From an uncultured Gemmatimonadales bacterium (GTDB taxonomy: Bacteria; Gemmatimonadota; Gemmatimonadetes; Gemmatimonadales; GWC2-71-9), in NCBI GenBank assembly GCA_963730185.1, contig CAVSQW010000013.1, forward strand, positions 1-64,000: a DNA stretch of 64,000 nt, written 5' to 3'. Numbering within the stretch: the stretch's first letter is position 1; each line of letters starts with the position of its first letter. The notes below the pieces were generated by a model. It worked only from the letters and a program-made list of their open reading frames with translations. It was not told the origin of the DNA and did no database searches. A program made the position numbers and the translations under genes. Below, piece by piece: positions 30,238 through 39,887 of this stretch.

Positions 30238-31425
30238 ATGATCGACGCCGTCATCGTCTCCACCGCCCGCACGCCGATCGGCAAGGCGTATACCGGCGCC
30301 CTCAACAACACCCATGGCGCCGAGATGGGCGGTCACGTCATCCGCCACGCGGTAGAGCGGGCCGGGATCGATCCGGCCGAGGTCGAGGACGTGATCATGG
30401 GGTGCGCGCTGCCCGAGGGGGCGACCGGTTCGAACATCGCCCGGCAGGCGGCGCTCCGGGCAGGGCTCCCGGTGACGACGTCGGGAGCGACCATCAATCG
30501 ATTCTGCTCGTCGGGCATGCAGGCGATCATCGTGGCGGCCAATCGGATCCGGATGGAGGGCGTGCCGATCATGGTCGCGGGCGGGCTCGAGTCGATCAGC
30601 CTGGTGCAGACCGACAAACAGAGCTTCTACCGGGGGCACGACGACTGGCTGATGGCCCACAAGCCCGCGATCTACATGCCGATGATCGACACGGCCGAGA
30701 TCGTGGCGACCCGGTACGGGATCGCCCGCGAACGGCAGGACGAGTACGCGCTCCAGAGCCAGCAGCGAAACGGCGCGGCCCAGCGGGAAGGACGGTTCGA
30801 GAAGGAGATCGCCCCGATCACGACCACCAAGGTGCTCTTCGATCGGAAGACGAAGACCGTCTCGGGCGAGGCGACCGTGACCCTGGCGCAGGACGAGGGC
30901 GCCCGGCCGGATTCCACTGCCGAGGGGCTGGCCGCGCTCAAGCCGGTCCGGGGCGAGGGCAAGTGCATCACGGCCGGCAACGCGAGTCAGCTGTCCGACG
31001 GCGCGTCGGCCTGCGTGGTGATGAACGGCAAGCTGGCGGAACAGCGGGGGATTCAGCCGCTGGGCATCGTTCGCGGGTTCGCGGTGGCGGGGTGCGAGCC
31101 CGACGAAATGGGCATCGGGCCCGTGTTCGCGGTCCCTCGACTCCTCGAGCGCTCGGGCGTCAAGCTGTCGGACATCGGGCTCTGGGAGCTCAACGAAGCC
31201 TTCGCGGTGCAGGTCGTCTACTGTCGCGACACCCTGGGTATCCCGAACGAGATCCTGAACGTCGACGGCGGCGCGGTCGCGATCGGACATCCCTACGGGA
31301 TGAGTGGCTCGCGGATGGTGGGTCACGCCCTGATCGAGGGGAAGCGCCGCGGCGCGAAGTACGTGGTCGCGACGATGTGCGTGGGTGGCGGGATGGGAGC
31401 CGCCGGGCTCTTCGAGGTGGTGTGA
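30238..31425 (+). CDS. Acetyl-CoA C-acyltransferase (thiolase)
   Basis: NRFCSSG, NEAF, GHPYG and MCVGGG thiolase motifs. Confidence 0.96.
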   Translation: MIDAVIVSTARTPIGKAYTGALNNTHGAEMGGHVIRHAVERAGIDPAEVEDVIMGCALPEGATGSNIARQAALRAGLPVTTSGATINRFCSSGMQAIIVAANRIRMEGVPIMVAGGLESISLVQTDKQSFYRGHDDWLMAHKPAIYMPMIDTAEIVATRYGIARERQDEYALQSQQRNGAAQREGRFEKEIAPITTTKVLFDRKTKTVSGEATVTLAQDEGARPDSTAEGLAALKPVRGEGKCITAGNASQLSDGASACVVMNGKLAEQRGIQPLGIVRGFAVAGCEPDEMGIGPVFAVPRLLERSGVKLSDIGLWELNEAFAVQVVYCRDTLGIPNEILNVDGGAVAIGHPYGMSGSRMVGHALIEGKRRGAKYVVATMCVGGGMGAAGLFEVV

Positions 31426-31922
31426 GCCGGACGGGTGGGCGTCGCCCGGCGAGCTCTCGCCGCAGCGCCGGGCGGGCCGGCGCCCGTCTGGCGCCAGGGC
31501 TCACCGATCCGGCCGGGTTCAGCCATTGGACTCCGGTCATCCTTCGCTTCCGGGACCTCGATCTCCTGGGACACGTCAACAACGTCAACTTGGCCGGCTG
31601 GCTCGAGGACGGGCGGGTGGCGCTCGAGCTGCCGGTGCAGCCGGTCACGGCCGACTACGTCGGCCCGGTGATCGTGCTGGTCGACCTTCACATCCAGTAC
31701 CTCGACGAAATTCGAATGGGTTCCGAGATTCGGATCGGCACCCGGGTGGAGCGGATCGGCACCAGCTCGGTCACGGTCGGCCAGGCGGTCTTCGCGGACG
31801 GCGCGTGCGCCGCGGTCGCCCAGGCGGTCGAGGTGCTGATCGACCACGAGACCCGAAAGCCGATGGCCTGGCCGCCGGCGTTCCGGGCCCTGTTCGAGCG
31901 CTTTATGGCGCCGACCGGCTGA
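31422..31922 (+). CDS. Acyl-CoA thioesterase (4HBT/hot-dog fold)
   Basis: [13 protein letters not shown] motif; GTG overlaps the thiolase TGA. Start uncertain. Confidence 0.88.
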   Translation: MSRTGGRRPASSRRSAGRAGARLAPGLTDPAGFSHWTPVILRFRDLDLLGHVNNVNLAGWLEDGRVALELPVQPVTADYVGPVIVLVDLHIQYLDEIRMGSEIRIGTRVERIGTSSVTVGQAVFADGACAAVAQAVEVLIDHETRKPMAWPPAFRALFERFMAPTG

Positions 31923-31929
31923 GGCGCCC

Positions 31930-32418
31930 GTGTTCTGGCTGCTGCTCGCGACCGGCCTGGTGGGGCTCTTTCTCACCGTCCTGGGCTTCCCGGGGCTCTG
32001 GCTCTTCCTCGCCGTTGCCGTCGGGGCCCGGCTGGTGGGCGGAGGCGGGGCGCCGGGCTGGGCGGCGGTAGGGATCGCCGGGGGGATCGCCCTTCTGGGC
32101 GAGCTGGTGGAGCTCACGACCTCGACGCGCTACACCCGTCGGTACGGCGGCTCCCGGCGGGCCGGGTGGGGCGCCTTGATCGGTGGGCTGGCCGGCGCGA
32201 TCGTCGGGGTCCCGGTTCCGGTCCTCGGCTCGGTGCTCGGCTCGTTCGCGGGGGCGTTTCTGGGGGCCCTGCTGGGAGAGTTCTCGGTCGCGCGCGACCA
32301 TCGGGCCGCGGGGCGCGCGGCCCAGGGCGCCGTGCTGGGACGGGCGGTCGCCACGGCGGCCAAGATCGGGCTCGGGTGCTTGATGCTGGTCGTGATCCTC
32401 TGGTCGAGCTGGGGGTAG
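31930..32418 (+). CDS. DUF456-family membrane protein
   Basis: PGLWL; RRYGGSRRAGWGALIGGLAG; Gly-rich TM helices. Confidence 0.85.
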   Translation: MFWLLLATGLVGLFLTVLGFPGLWLFLAVAVGARLVGGGGAPGWAAVGIAGGIALLGELVELTTSTRYTRRYGGSRRAGWGALIGGLAGAIVGVPVPVLGSVLGSFAGAFLGALLGEFSVARDHRAAGRAAQGAVLGRAVATAAKIGLGCLMLVVILWSSWG

Positions 32419-32502
32419 CCCGCCCCCCGGATGCCCGCCGGGGTCCCGGGCCCGCGCAACGAGAGAACAGGAACCCTCACCCACTCACCTCTGGGAGCAC
32501 CG

Positions 32503-33021
32503 ATGTCCGCCGACGAACGCATCCGCACCGCCTTCGACCGCTCGACCCAGGCGCTCGAGCTCCGGCCCACGATGGGCGTCGGAACCGCTCGCACCACGGC
32601 GACGATCCGGGTCGGGCTGGCCTCCGACGTCAAGGACGGCCAGTGGCAGCTCCAGGGCGACATGTCGCCCAAGGTGGGTGGGGAAGGCACCGCGCCCGAC
32701 CCAGGGGTGTACGGCCGGGCCGGCCTGGCGACCTGTCTGGCCGTGGGGTACGCCATGTGGGCGGCTCGGCTCGAGGTCCCCATTGCGGCCATCGAGGTCA
32801 CCGTCGAGGCCGACTACGACGTCCGGGCCGAGTTCGGGATGACCGAGGCGCCACCGGGCTACCGGTCCATGCGCTACCAGGTGTCGGTCGAGAGCGAAGC
32901 ACCCGAAGCCGACGTTCGCCGGGTGCTCGACCGGGCCGACGACCGAAGCCCCTGGCTCGACAACCTCCGGCGGCCGGTCGAGGTGACCCGCGAGCTGACG
33001 ATCAACCGTCCCGGGGCCTGA
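32503..33021 (+). CDS. OsmC-like protein
   Basis: GGEGTAPDPG...LATCL; IEVTVEADYD; RSPW at the usual second-Cys position. Confidence 0.85.
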   Translation: MSADERIRTAFDRSTQALELRPTMGVGTARTTATIRVGLASDVKDGQWQLQGDMSPKVGGEGTAPDPGVYGRAGLATCLAVGYAMWAARLEVPIAAIEVTVEADYDVRAEFGMTEAPPGYRSMRYQVSVESEAPEADVRRVLDRADDRSPWLDNLRRPVEVTRELTINRPGA

Positions 33022-33022
33022 C

Positions 33023-33841
33023 ATGGACCCTCGCCTGCAGCGCCGGGTTCAGCGTTACGGTTGGGACCGGGCCTCGTCGCTCTACGAGGAGGCCTGGAAA
33101 GCGCAGCTCGCGCCGGCCCAGCGCCGGATGCTGGAGCTGGCGGCGGTCCGGCCGGGCGAACGAGTGCTCGACGTGGCCTGCGGCACCGGGCTGGTGACCC
33201 TGCCGGTGGCTCGACAGGTGGAGCCGGGCGGGCGGGTGACGGGGATCGACCTCTCGGAGAGGATGGTGGCGGAAGCCTCGAGCGCCGCCGGGGTGGAGGG
33301 CGTGAAGAACGTGGAGTTTGCCCGGATGGACGCGGAGGAGCTCGAGCTGGCGGACGGGAGTTTCGACGTGGCCCTGTCCGGGCTCGGGATCCTCTATTGT
33401 CCCGATCCGCTGAAGGCGCTCCGGGAGATGCACCGGGTGCTGGTGCCCGGTGGCCGGATCGCGGTCTCGGTCTGGGGCGATCGGCGGCGCTGCGGGTGGG
33501 CGGAGATCTTCCCGATCGTCGAGTCGCGGGTCAAGAGCGAGGTCTGTCCACTCTTCTTCCAGCTGGGCACCGGCGACGCGCTCCAGCTCACGATGGAGGC
33601 GGCCGGGTTTGGGGAGATCGTCGTGGAGCGGATCGCGACGACGCTGGAGTATCGTTCGTCGGAGGCGGCGCTGGCGGCGGCGTTTGCCGGGGGGCCGGTG
33701 GCGCTCGCGTACTCGCGCTTCGACGACGAAACCCGCAACGCCGCCCACGAGGATTACCTGGCGTCGATCGCCGATTGCCGGCAAGGCGACGGGTATCGCG
33801 TTCCCGGGGAGTTCGTGGTGGCCCGCGGGTCCCGCCGGTAG
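33023..33841 (+). CDS. Class I SAM-dependent methyltransferase (UbiE-like)
   Basis: VLDVACGTG, GIDLS, DAEEL, SFDV and EMHRVLVPGG. Confidence 0.92.
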   Translation: MDPRLQRRVQRYGWDRASSLYEEAWKAQLAPAQRRMLELAAVRPGERVLDVACGTGLVTLPVARQVEPGGRVTGIDLSERMVAEASSAAGVEGVKNVEFARMDAEELELADGSFDVALSGLGILYCPDPLKALREMHRVLVPGGRIAVSVWGDRRRCGWAEIFPIVESRVKSEVCPLFFQLGTGDALQLTMEAAGFGEIVVERIATTLEYRSSEAALAAAFAGGPVALAYSRFDDETRNAAHEDYLASIADCRQGDGYRVPGEFVVARGSRR

Positions 33842-34082
33842 CTCACCAGCCGATCCGGAGGCGGACGGCCCCGGCGCGGTCACCCGGCCGGCGGTCGCCT
33901 GTCGGTCACTCCCCGGTCACCTGGCCGGGCTCCCGGTGGCCCGACCGGGGAGCGTAACCCGCTAGGCGGGTCGGCGCGCGCGGGGTCCCGCCGATCCGGG
34001 CGCGAAACAATTCCCGCGCGGCCCCGTATCAGTACCAGCGTTCCTTGCCGGACCGTTCCCGACTCCCTCTTGGAAGCCCGTC

Positions 34083-34976
34083 ATGCTGACCATCCAGAAG
34101 CTCGTGAAAGTCTATCCCGGCCCGGTCACCGCTCTCCAAGGCGTTTCCCTGGAGGTGGCGCCGGGCATGTTCGGACTGCTCGGCCCCAACGGGGCCGGGA
34201 AGAGCACCATGATGAAGATCGTCGCCGGCGTGCTGGAGCCGACCTCGGGCCAGGTGCTCCTCGACGGGGAAGACGTGACCGCCCGGCCCGAGCGGCTCTG
34301 GCCGGTGCTCGGCTACCTGCCGCAGGACTTCGGCTTCTACCCGCATCTGACCGGTGAGGCGATGCTGGCCTACCTGCTCGATCTCAAGGGGGTGGTCGCC
34401 CCGCAGGGGACGAAGCGGCTGGTCGCCGACCTGCTCGACCGGGTGAACCTGACCGCCGCGGCCAAGCGCAAGGTGAAAGACTACTCCGGCGGCATGCGCC
34501 AGCGGCTGGGGATCGCCCAGGCGGTCGCCGGCGATCCCAAGCTGATCATCGTGGACGAGCCCACCGCCGGCCTCGATCCGGAGGAGCGGCATCGGTTCTA
34601 CCGGTTGCTGGCCGAGCTGGCGGAGCGACGGACCGTGATCCTGTCGACCCACATCGTCGAAGACGTGGCGGTGCTCTGTCCCCGGTTCGCCGTGTTCCGG
34701 CAGGGGCAGGTGGTGACGATCACCTCGCCCTCCGAGGCTCGGCAGCGGCTCCAAGGCGCCATCTTCGAGGGGGCGGTTACGGGCGCCGAGCTGGAGGAGC
34801 TCCGGAAGACCCGCCGGGTCACCCAGGCCTACCTGGTGGAGGGCAAGAACCACGTCCGGGTCTACCAGCCGGACCGAGAGGCGCCTCCGGGGCTGGCACC
34901 GACCGAGGCGACGCTCGAGGACGCCTACCTGGTCGCGATGCAGCAGGCCGATCCGTCGTCCGGGCGGGCGGCATGA
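34083..34976 (+). CDS. ABC transporter ATP-binding protein (ABC-2/DrrA type)
   Basis: GPNGAGKS, YSGGMRQR, IIVDEPT and STH. Confidence 0.96.
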   Translation: MLTIQKLVKVYPGPVTALQGVSLEVAPGMFGLLGPNGAGKSTMMKIVAGVLEPTSGQVLLDGEDVTARPERLWPVLGYLPQDFGFYPHLTGEAMLAYLLDLKGVVAPQGTKRLVADLLDRVNLTAAAKRKVKDYSGGMRQRLGIAQAVAGDPKLIIVDEPTAGLDPEERHRFYRLLAELAERRTVILSTHIVEDVAVLCPRFAVFRQGQVVTITSPSEARQRLQGAIFEGAVTGAELEELRKTRRVTQAYLVEGKNHVRVYQPDREAPPGLAPTEATLEDAYLVAMQQADPSSGRAA

Positions 34977-37900
34977 GCCTCCGCCGGTTTCTCCTCGTTG
35001 CCCGAAGCGAGCTCGCCTACAACCTGAAGCGGCCCAGCTTCTGGATCATGCTCCTCTTGGCGGGCCTGATCCTCTGGGGGCTCTCGAACGGCAACGTCCG
35101 GGTGGCGATGAACTCGGGCGACAGCTCGGTCGGCGGCAAGAAGGCGTGGCTCACCTCGGAGTTCGCCCAGGCGCAGATCGTCACCGTCGTGTCGTTCACG
35201 ATCTTCTCCTTCTTCGTCGCGGTCGCCGCGGGGCTCTCGGTGATCCGCGACGGGGAGTGGCGGGCCGGCGAGCTGCTGCACGCGACCCCACTCGAGCCGG
35301 GCGAGTACGTCTGGGGCAAGTTCACCGGGGTGTTGGGCGCCTATCTCGCGGCGTTGCTCCTGATGCTCGGGCTGATGATCCTGCTGTTCCAGCTGATCCC
35401 GAACGCCGACATGCTGGAGACTCGCGGGCCGTTCCACCTCCGGAACTATCTCGTGCCGCTGGTGATGATGGGCCTGCCGATCGTCCTGTTCTCGTGCGGG
35501 ACGGCGTTCGCGATCGGAACCCGAACCCGGCGGCCGATCCTGGTCTTCATGCTGCCGGTGCTGCTGATGGTGGTCTGCGGCTTCTTTCTCTGGAGCTGGA
35601 CGCCGTCCTGGCTCGATCCGCGGGTGGACCGGATCCTGATGCTGGTCGATCCGTCCGGGTTCCGGTGGCTGGCGGAGACCTGGCTCAAGGTCGATCGCGG
35701 GGTGGACTTCTACAACACCCAGCCGGTCGGGTGGGACACCGGCTTCGTCCTGAGCCGGCTCGGGATCGTGCTGATCGGCCTGGTCTCGACCGGGCTCTCG
35801 GTCCGGCACTTCGGGCGGACCCTCCGCTCGTCGGGCAAGGTGAAGGCGGGCTCCCGCGCGGTCGAGACCGCGCTCGATCCGGCGCTCACCGCGCCGCCAC
35901 GGTCCGGGCTGGCGGCCCTCGGCATGACCAGCCGGGCCCCCGGCTTCTGGCAGGGGTTCCGGCGGGTGGCTGGCGCGGAGCTCAAGGAGCTCCGGAGCTC
36001 CCCGGGGCTCTACTTGTTCGTCCCACTGATCGTCTGGCAGAGCCTGGCCAACGCGCTGCTGGCGATCGGTGCGTTCGACACCCCGCTGCTGGTGACCCCG
36101 GGGTCGCTGGCGGTGTCGGCGATGGGGTTCCTGATCACCACGCTCAGCCTGCTGATGCTGTTCTACGCGGTCGAGAGCCTGGAACGGGAGCGCGCCACGA
36201 CCTTCTCGGCGATCAGCGACGCGTTGCCGATCGGCGCGGGGTCGATCCTGGCCGGCAAGGCCGCGGCGCTCGCGGTCGTCGTGCTCGCCGTGCTCGTCGC
36301 CGTGTTCCTCGGCTCGGCGATCGCGCTGCTGGTGCAAGGCAAGGTGGGCCTGGCCTTGTCACCGTTCCTGCTGGTGTGGGGGCTCCTGCTTCTACCCGGC
36401 ATCCTGTTCTGGACCTGCTTCATCTTCGCGGTCTACGCGATCGCGAAGAACCGCTACACCACCTACGGCATCGTTCTCGCGGCCTTCGCGCTGACCGTCT
36501 ACCTCGGGATCGCGGGGAAGCTCAACTGGATCGGCAACTGGCCCCTCTGGGGCGTTCTCCAGTGGAGCGACATCAGCGTCATGGAGTTCGACCGCACCGC
36601 GCTGCTGCTCAATCGGCTCCTGGTGCTGACGGTCGCCGCGGGGCTCCTCCGGTTCGCGGTCAGCCATTTTCCCCGGCGGACCGGCGACGCCATTGGCCTG
36701 ATCCACGGGCTCCGGCCCGCGGCGATTCGTCGCTCGGCCTGGAGAGCCGTTCCCTGGTTGGTGGCGCCGGCGGTGCTGGCGGGCCTGCTCTGGCACCAGA
36801 TCAGCATCGGGCCGGACGGTCCCCGGGCCAAGAAGGTGATGAAGGACTACTGGAGGAAGAACCTCTCGACTTGGACCGACGCGCCGCTGCCGGCGATCGC
36901 CGATGCCCAGGTGAACGTCACCATCGAGCCGGCCGAACGGTCGTGGCAGGTGCGGGGTCAGTACCTGCTGGTCAACAAGCAGGAGGTCCCGCTCGCCAAG
37001 GTGCCGCTCACGGTCGGGTTCTGGGACGACATGACCTGGGAGATGAACGGGACGGCCGCGCACCCCGACACCTCGTCGCACCTCTACGTGTTCACGCCGC
37101 CGAAGCCGCTTGCCCCCGGCGACAGCCTCCGGATCGGGTTCAGCTATCGCGGGACCCAGCGCGGGTCGACCCGCGCCGGCGGTGGAGCCGGCGAGTTCAT
37201 CGTGCCCTCGGGGGTGGTGATGACCTCGTTCAACCCGCGTTGGTTTCCGATGGTCGGCTACGACGATCAGATCGGAGTCGACAAGGACAACCGGGCCGAG
37301 CCGAAGCAGTATCCGGCCGACTTCTACAAGGGTGTGACGCCGCCGGCCTTCGGTGGCGAGCTGCCAATGACCGTCACCACGACGATCACCACCCCGGCCG
37401 ACTTCACGGCCAACGGGGTCGGGGAGCGGATCTCGGAGAAGGTCGAGGGGGACAAGCGGGTGACCGTGTGGCAGACCGACCACCCGGTCATGGCGTTCAA
37501 CGTGGTGGCGGGCCGGTACGTGGTCAAGAAGGGGGCCGGCACGGCGATCTTCTACGATCCGCGCCACGGCTACAACGTTGACGAGATGATCGGCGCGCTC
37601 AATGCGGCTCGGAAATACTACGGCGAGTGGTTCGCGCCTTTCCCGTGGAAGGAGCTCAAGATCAGCGAGTTCCCCGGGCTCGCGAGCTACGCGCAGGGCT
37701 TCCCGACCAACATCAGCTTTTCCGAGCAGATCGGGTTCCTCACCAAGAGCGAGCCCAAGACCAACCTCGCGTTCATGGTCACCGCCCACGAGACGGCCCA
37801 CCAGTGGTGGGGCAACATGCTGCAGCCGGGGAAGGGGCCGAGCGGCAACATCCTGAGCGAGGGGATGGCCCACTTCTCGACGGCCTTGTTGATCGCCCAG

Positions 37901-38551
37901 GTCAAGGGTCCCCTCCAGGGAATGGAGTTCCGGAAACGGATCGAGTCGCACTACGCCGACACCCGGCAGAGCGACGCGGAGCGGCCCATGGTCCGGACCG
38001 ATGGGTCGCACGACGGCGACGGGACGGTGACCTACGACCGGTCAGGATTCGTGTTCTGGATGCTCTGGGACCTGATGGGACCGGAGCGGAACCTCGCCGG
38101 GCTTCGGGCGTTCATCGCCGACCACCAGAACAACCCGGATCACGCGGTGCTGCCCGATTTCGAAGCGCACATGCGGAAGTTCGCGCCCGACACGCTGGCG
38201 TACGACGCGTTCGTTCGGCAGTGGATGGACTCGGTGGTGGTGCCGGAATACCGGCTCACCGCCGGCCGCACCGTCAAGACGGCCGAGGGGTGGGAGACCT
38301 CGGTGCACGTGGAGAACGTGGGGACCGGCCGGATGCCGGTGGAGGTGGCGGCGATCGTGGGCGAGCGGGCGCTCGATTCGACCGCCAAGCCGAAGGCGCC
38401 CTATCAGGCCGCCAAGGTCACCATCGTGCTGGGCTCGAAGGAAGGCAAGGACGTGACGATCGTCTCGTCCTTCAAGCCCGAGCGGGTGGTGACCGACCCC
38501 GACGTGAAGGTGCTGCAGCTCCGGCGGGAGGCGGCTCTGTTCAAGCTTTGA
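34973..38551 (+). CDS. ABC-2 permease (two membrane halves) fused to an M1-type metallopeptidase (1192 aa)
   Basis: Two ABC-2 TM blocks, then a soluble domain with HETAHQWWG...LSEG and a downstream Tyr (VTYDRSG). Confidence 0.92.
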   Translation: MSLRRFLLVARSELAYNLKRPSFWIMLLLAGLILWGLSNGNVRVAMNSGDSSVGGKKAWLTSEFAQAQIVTVVSFTIFSFFVAVAAGLSVIRDGEWRAGELLHATPLEPGEYVWGKFTGVLGAYLAALLLMLGLMILLFQLIPNADMLETRGPFHLRNYLVPLVMMGLPIVLFSCGTAFAIGTRTRRPILVFMLPVLLMVVCGFFLWSWTPSWLDPRVDRILMLVDPSGFRWLAETWLKVDRGVDFYNTQPVGWDTGFVLSRLGIVLIGLVSTGLSVRHFGRTLRSSGKVKAGSRAVETALDPALTAPPRSGLAALGMTSRAPGFWQGFRRVAGAELKELRSSPGLYLFVPLIVWQSLANALLAIGAFDTPLLVTPGSLAVSAMGFLITTLSLLMLFYAVESLERERATTFSAISDALPIGAGSILAGKAAALAVVVLAVLVAVFLGSAIALLVQGKVGLALSPFLLVWGLLLLPGILFWTCFIFAVYAIAKNRYTTYGIVLAAFALTVYLGIAGKLNWIGNWPLWGVLQWSDISVMEFDRTALLLNRLLVLTVAAGLLRFAVSHFPRRTGDAIGLIHGLRPAAIRRSAWRAVPWLVAPAVLAGLLWHQISIGPDGPRAKKVMKDYWRKNLSTWTDAPLPAIADAQVNVTIEPAERSWQVRGQYLLVNKQEVPLAKVPLTVGFWDDMTWEMNGTAAHPDTSSHLYVFTPPKPLAPGDSLRIGFSYRGTQRGSTRAGGGAGEFIVPSGVVMTSFNPRWFPMVGYDDQIGVDKDNRAEPKQYPADFYKGVTPPAFGGELPMTVTTTITTPADFTANGVGERISEKVEGDKRVTVWQTDHPVMAFNVVAGRYVVKKGAGTAIFYDPRHGYNVDEMIGALNAARKYYGEWFAPFPWKELKISEFPGLASYAQGFPTNISFSEQIGFLTKSEPKTNLAFMVTAHETAHQWWGNMLQPGKGPSGNILSEGMAHFSTALLIAQVKGPLQGMEFRKRIESHYADTRQSDAERPMVRTDGSHDGDGTVTYDRSGFVFWMLWDLMGPERNLAGLRAFIADHQNNPDHAVLPDFEAHMRKFAPDTLAYDAFVRQWMDSVVVPEYRLTAGRTVKTAEGWETSVHVENVGTGRMPVEVAAIVGERALDSTAKPKAPYQAAKVTIVLGSKEGKDVTIVSSFKPERVVTDPDVKVLQLRREAALFKL

Positions 38552-39887
38552 GCGCCCGGCCGAGGCGTCGTCCGAAGAGCAGGACCAGCAGCCCGCCGAC
38601 GGCGCCGATGGCCGCGTGCATGGTCCAGAACGCGGCCGGGCTCATCTTCTCGTAGAACCCGCCGATCCAGCCGATCAGCGTGTTCGAAACGAACAGGCTC
38701 ATGAAGGTGAACCCCATCAGGGTGGCGTTCACCTTGGCCGGGGCGGCTTGCGAGACGAGGGCGAGGAGCGTGGGCCAGTAGTAGAGGAACGAGATCGCCA
38801 GCAGCGCCGAATAGAGCACGGGCCAGATCGGGTTCACCGGACCGGTGCCCGCCAAATAGATCCCCGCCACCAGGAGCAGATTGCTCGCCGCGCTCATCCA
38901 GGCTCCGACGCCGATCTTGCTCAGGTCGCCGGGCTCGCCACCGCGCCGCGACTGCCAGCGCCAGATCCCGAACACCAGCGGCACGCCAAGGATGGCGAAG
39001 AGCGAGTTGCTGGCCTGGTACCAGGGGATCGGGACCTGGTAGGAGAGAATCGTCGGCGCGACCTGGCGCTGAATCCAGATCGGATTGACGTTGAAGAGCT
39101 GGTAGTAGGCGATCGAGTGGAAGACGGTGATGGCCATGACCGCGACCAGGGCCGCGACGATCCGCCGGTCCTTCGCGGTGAGCGGCCGGTCCACGGCGCC
39201 TCCCTCCCGGACCACCCGGGCGGGCAAGGTGCGATACCCGTAGAGGTAGGTCGCCAGGCCGGCGAGCATGAAGATCGCCGCGACGCCGAATCCCCAGTGC
39301 CAGCCATAGAGCTGCGCCAGTAACCCACAGACCAGCGGTCCGGCCACCGATCCGATGTTGATGGCGGTGCTGAAGATGATGAATCCATGGCTCCGGCGGG
39401 CTTCGTCCTCGAGCGGGTAGAGGGTCCCGACCTGGGCCGAGATGTTGCCCTTGAGGAAGCCCGAGCCGACGACGAGCAGCAGCAGCGCCGCGAGGAACGA
39501 CTGGTCGAACGTCATGGCGAGGTGCCCGGCGCTCATCGCCAGGGCGCCGATCACCACGGCGTTGCGCTGACCGATCCACCGATCGGCGATCCACCCGCCC
39601 AGGAGTGGGGTGAAGTACACGAAGCCGGAGTAGAGGCCGAAGGTCTGCGAGGCGAGCGCCTGGGTCGAGAGCGGTCCGAACACGCCCTCGATGCCGGCCC
39701 GGAACGCGGCGAAGCCCACGATGTGCTCGACGTGGCCGGGCAGGAGGAGCTGATTCACCATGTACAGGGCGAGGAGCCCCGTCATGCCGTAGTAGGAGAA
39801 CCGCTCCCACGCCTCGGTGAAGGCGAGGTAGAAGAGGCCCCTCGGGTGTCCCATGAACCCGCGATCGGCGGTCACCGGGTGGGGCAT
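38541..39887 (-). CDS. POT/PTR proton-dependent oligopeptide transporter
   Basis: EAWERFSYYG (ExxERFxYY); GGWIADRWIG; GFLKGN. Confidence 0.95.
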   Translation of the reverse strand: MPHPVTADRGFMGHPRGLFYLAFTEAWERFSYYGMTGLLALYMVNQLLLPGHVEHIVGFAAFRAGIEGVFGPLSTQALASQTFGLYSGFVYFTPLLGGWIADRWIGQRNAVVIGALAMSAGHLAMTFDQSFLAALLLLVVGSGFLKGNISAQVGTLYPLEDEARRSHGFIIFSTAINIGSVAGPLVCGLLAQLYGWHWGFGVAAIFMLAGLATYLYGYRTLPARVVREGGAVDRPLTAKDRRIVAALVAVMAITVFHSIAYYQLFNVNPIWIQRQVAPTILSYQVPIPWYQASNSLFAILGVPLVFGIWRWQSRRGGEPGDLSKIGVGAWMSAASNLLLVAGIYLAGTGPVNPIWPVLYSALLAISFLYYWPTLLALVSQAAPAKVNATLMGFTFMSLFVSNTLIGWIGGFYEKMSPAAFWTMHAAIGAVGGLLVLLFGRRLGRALKA

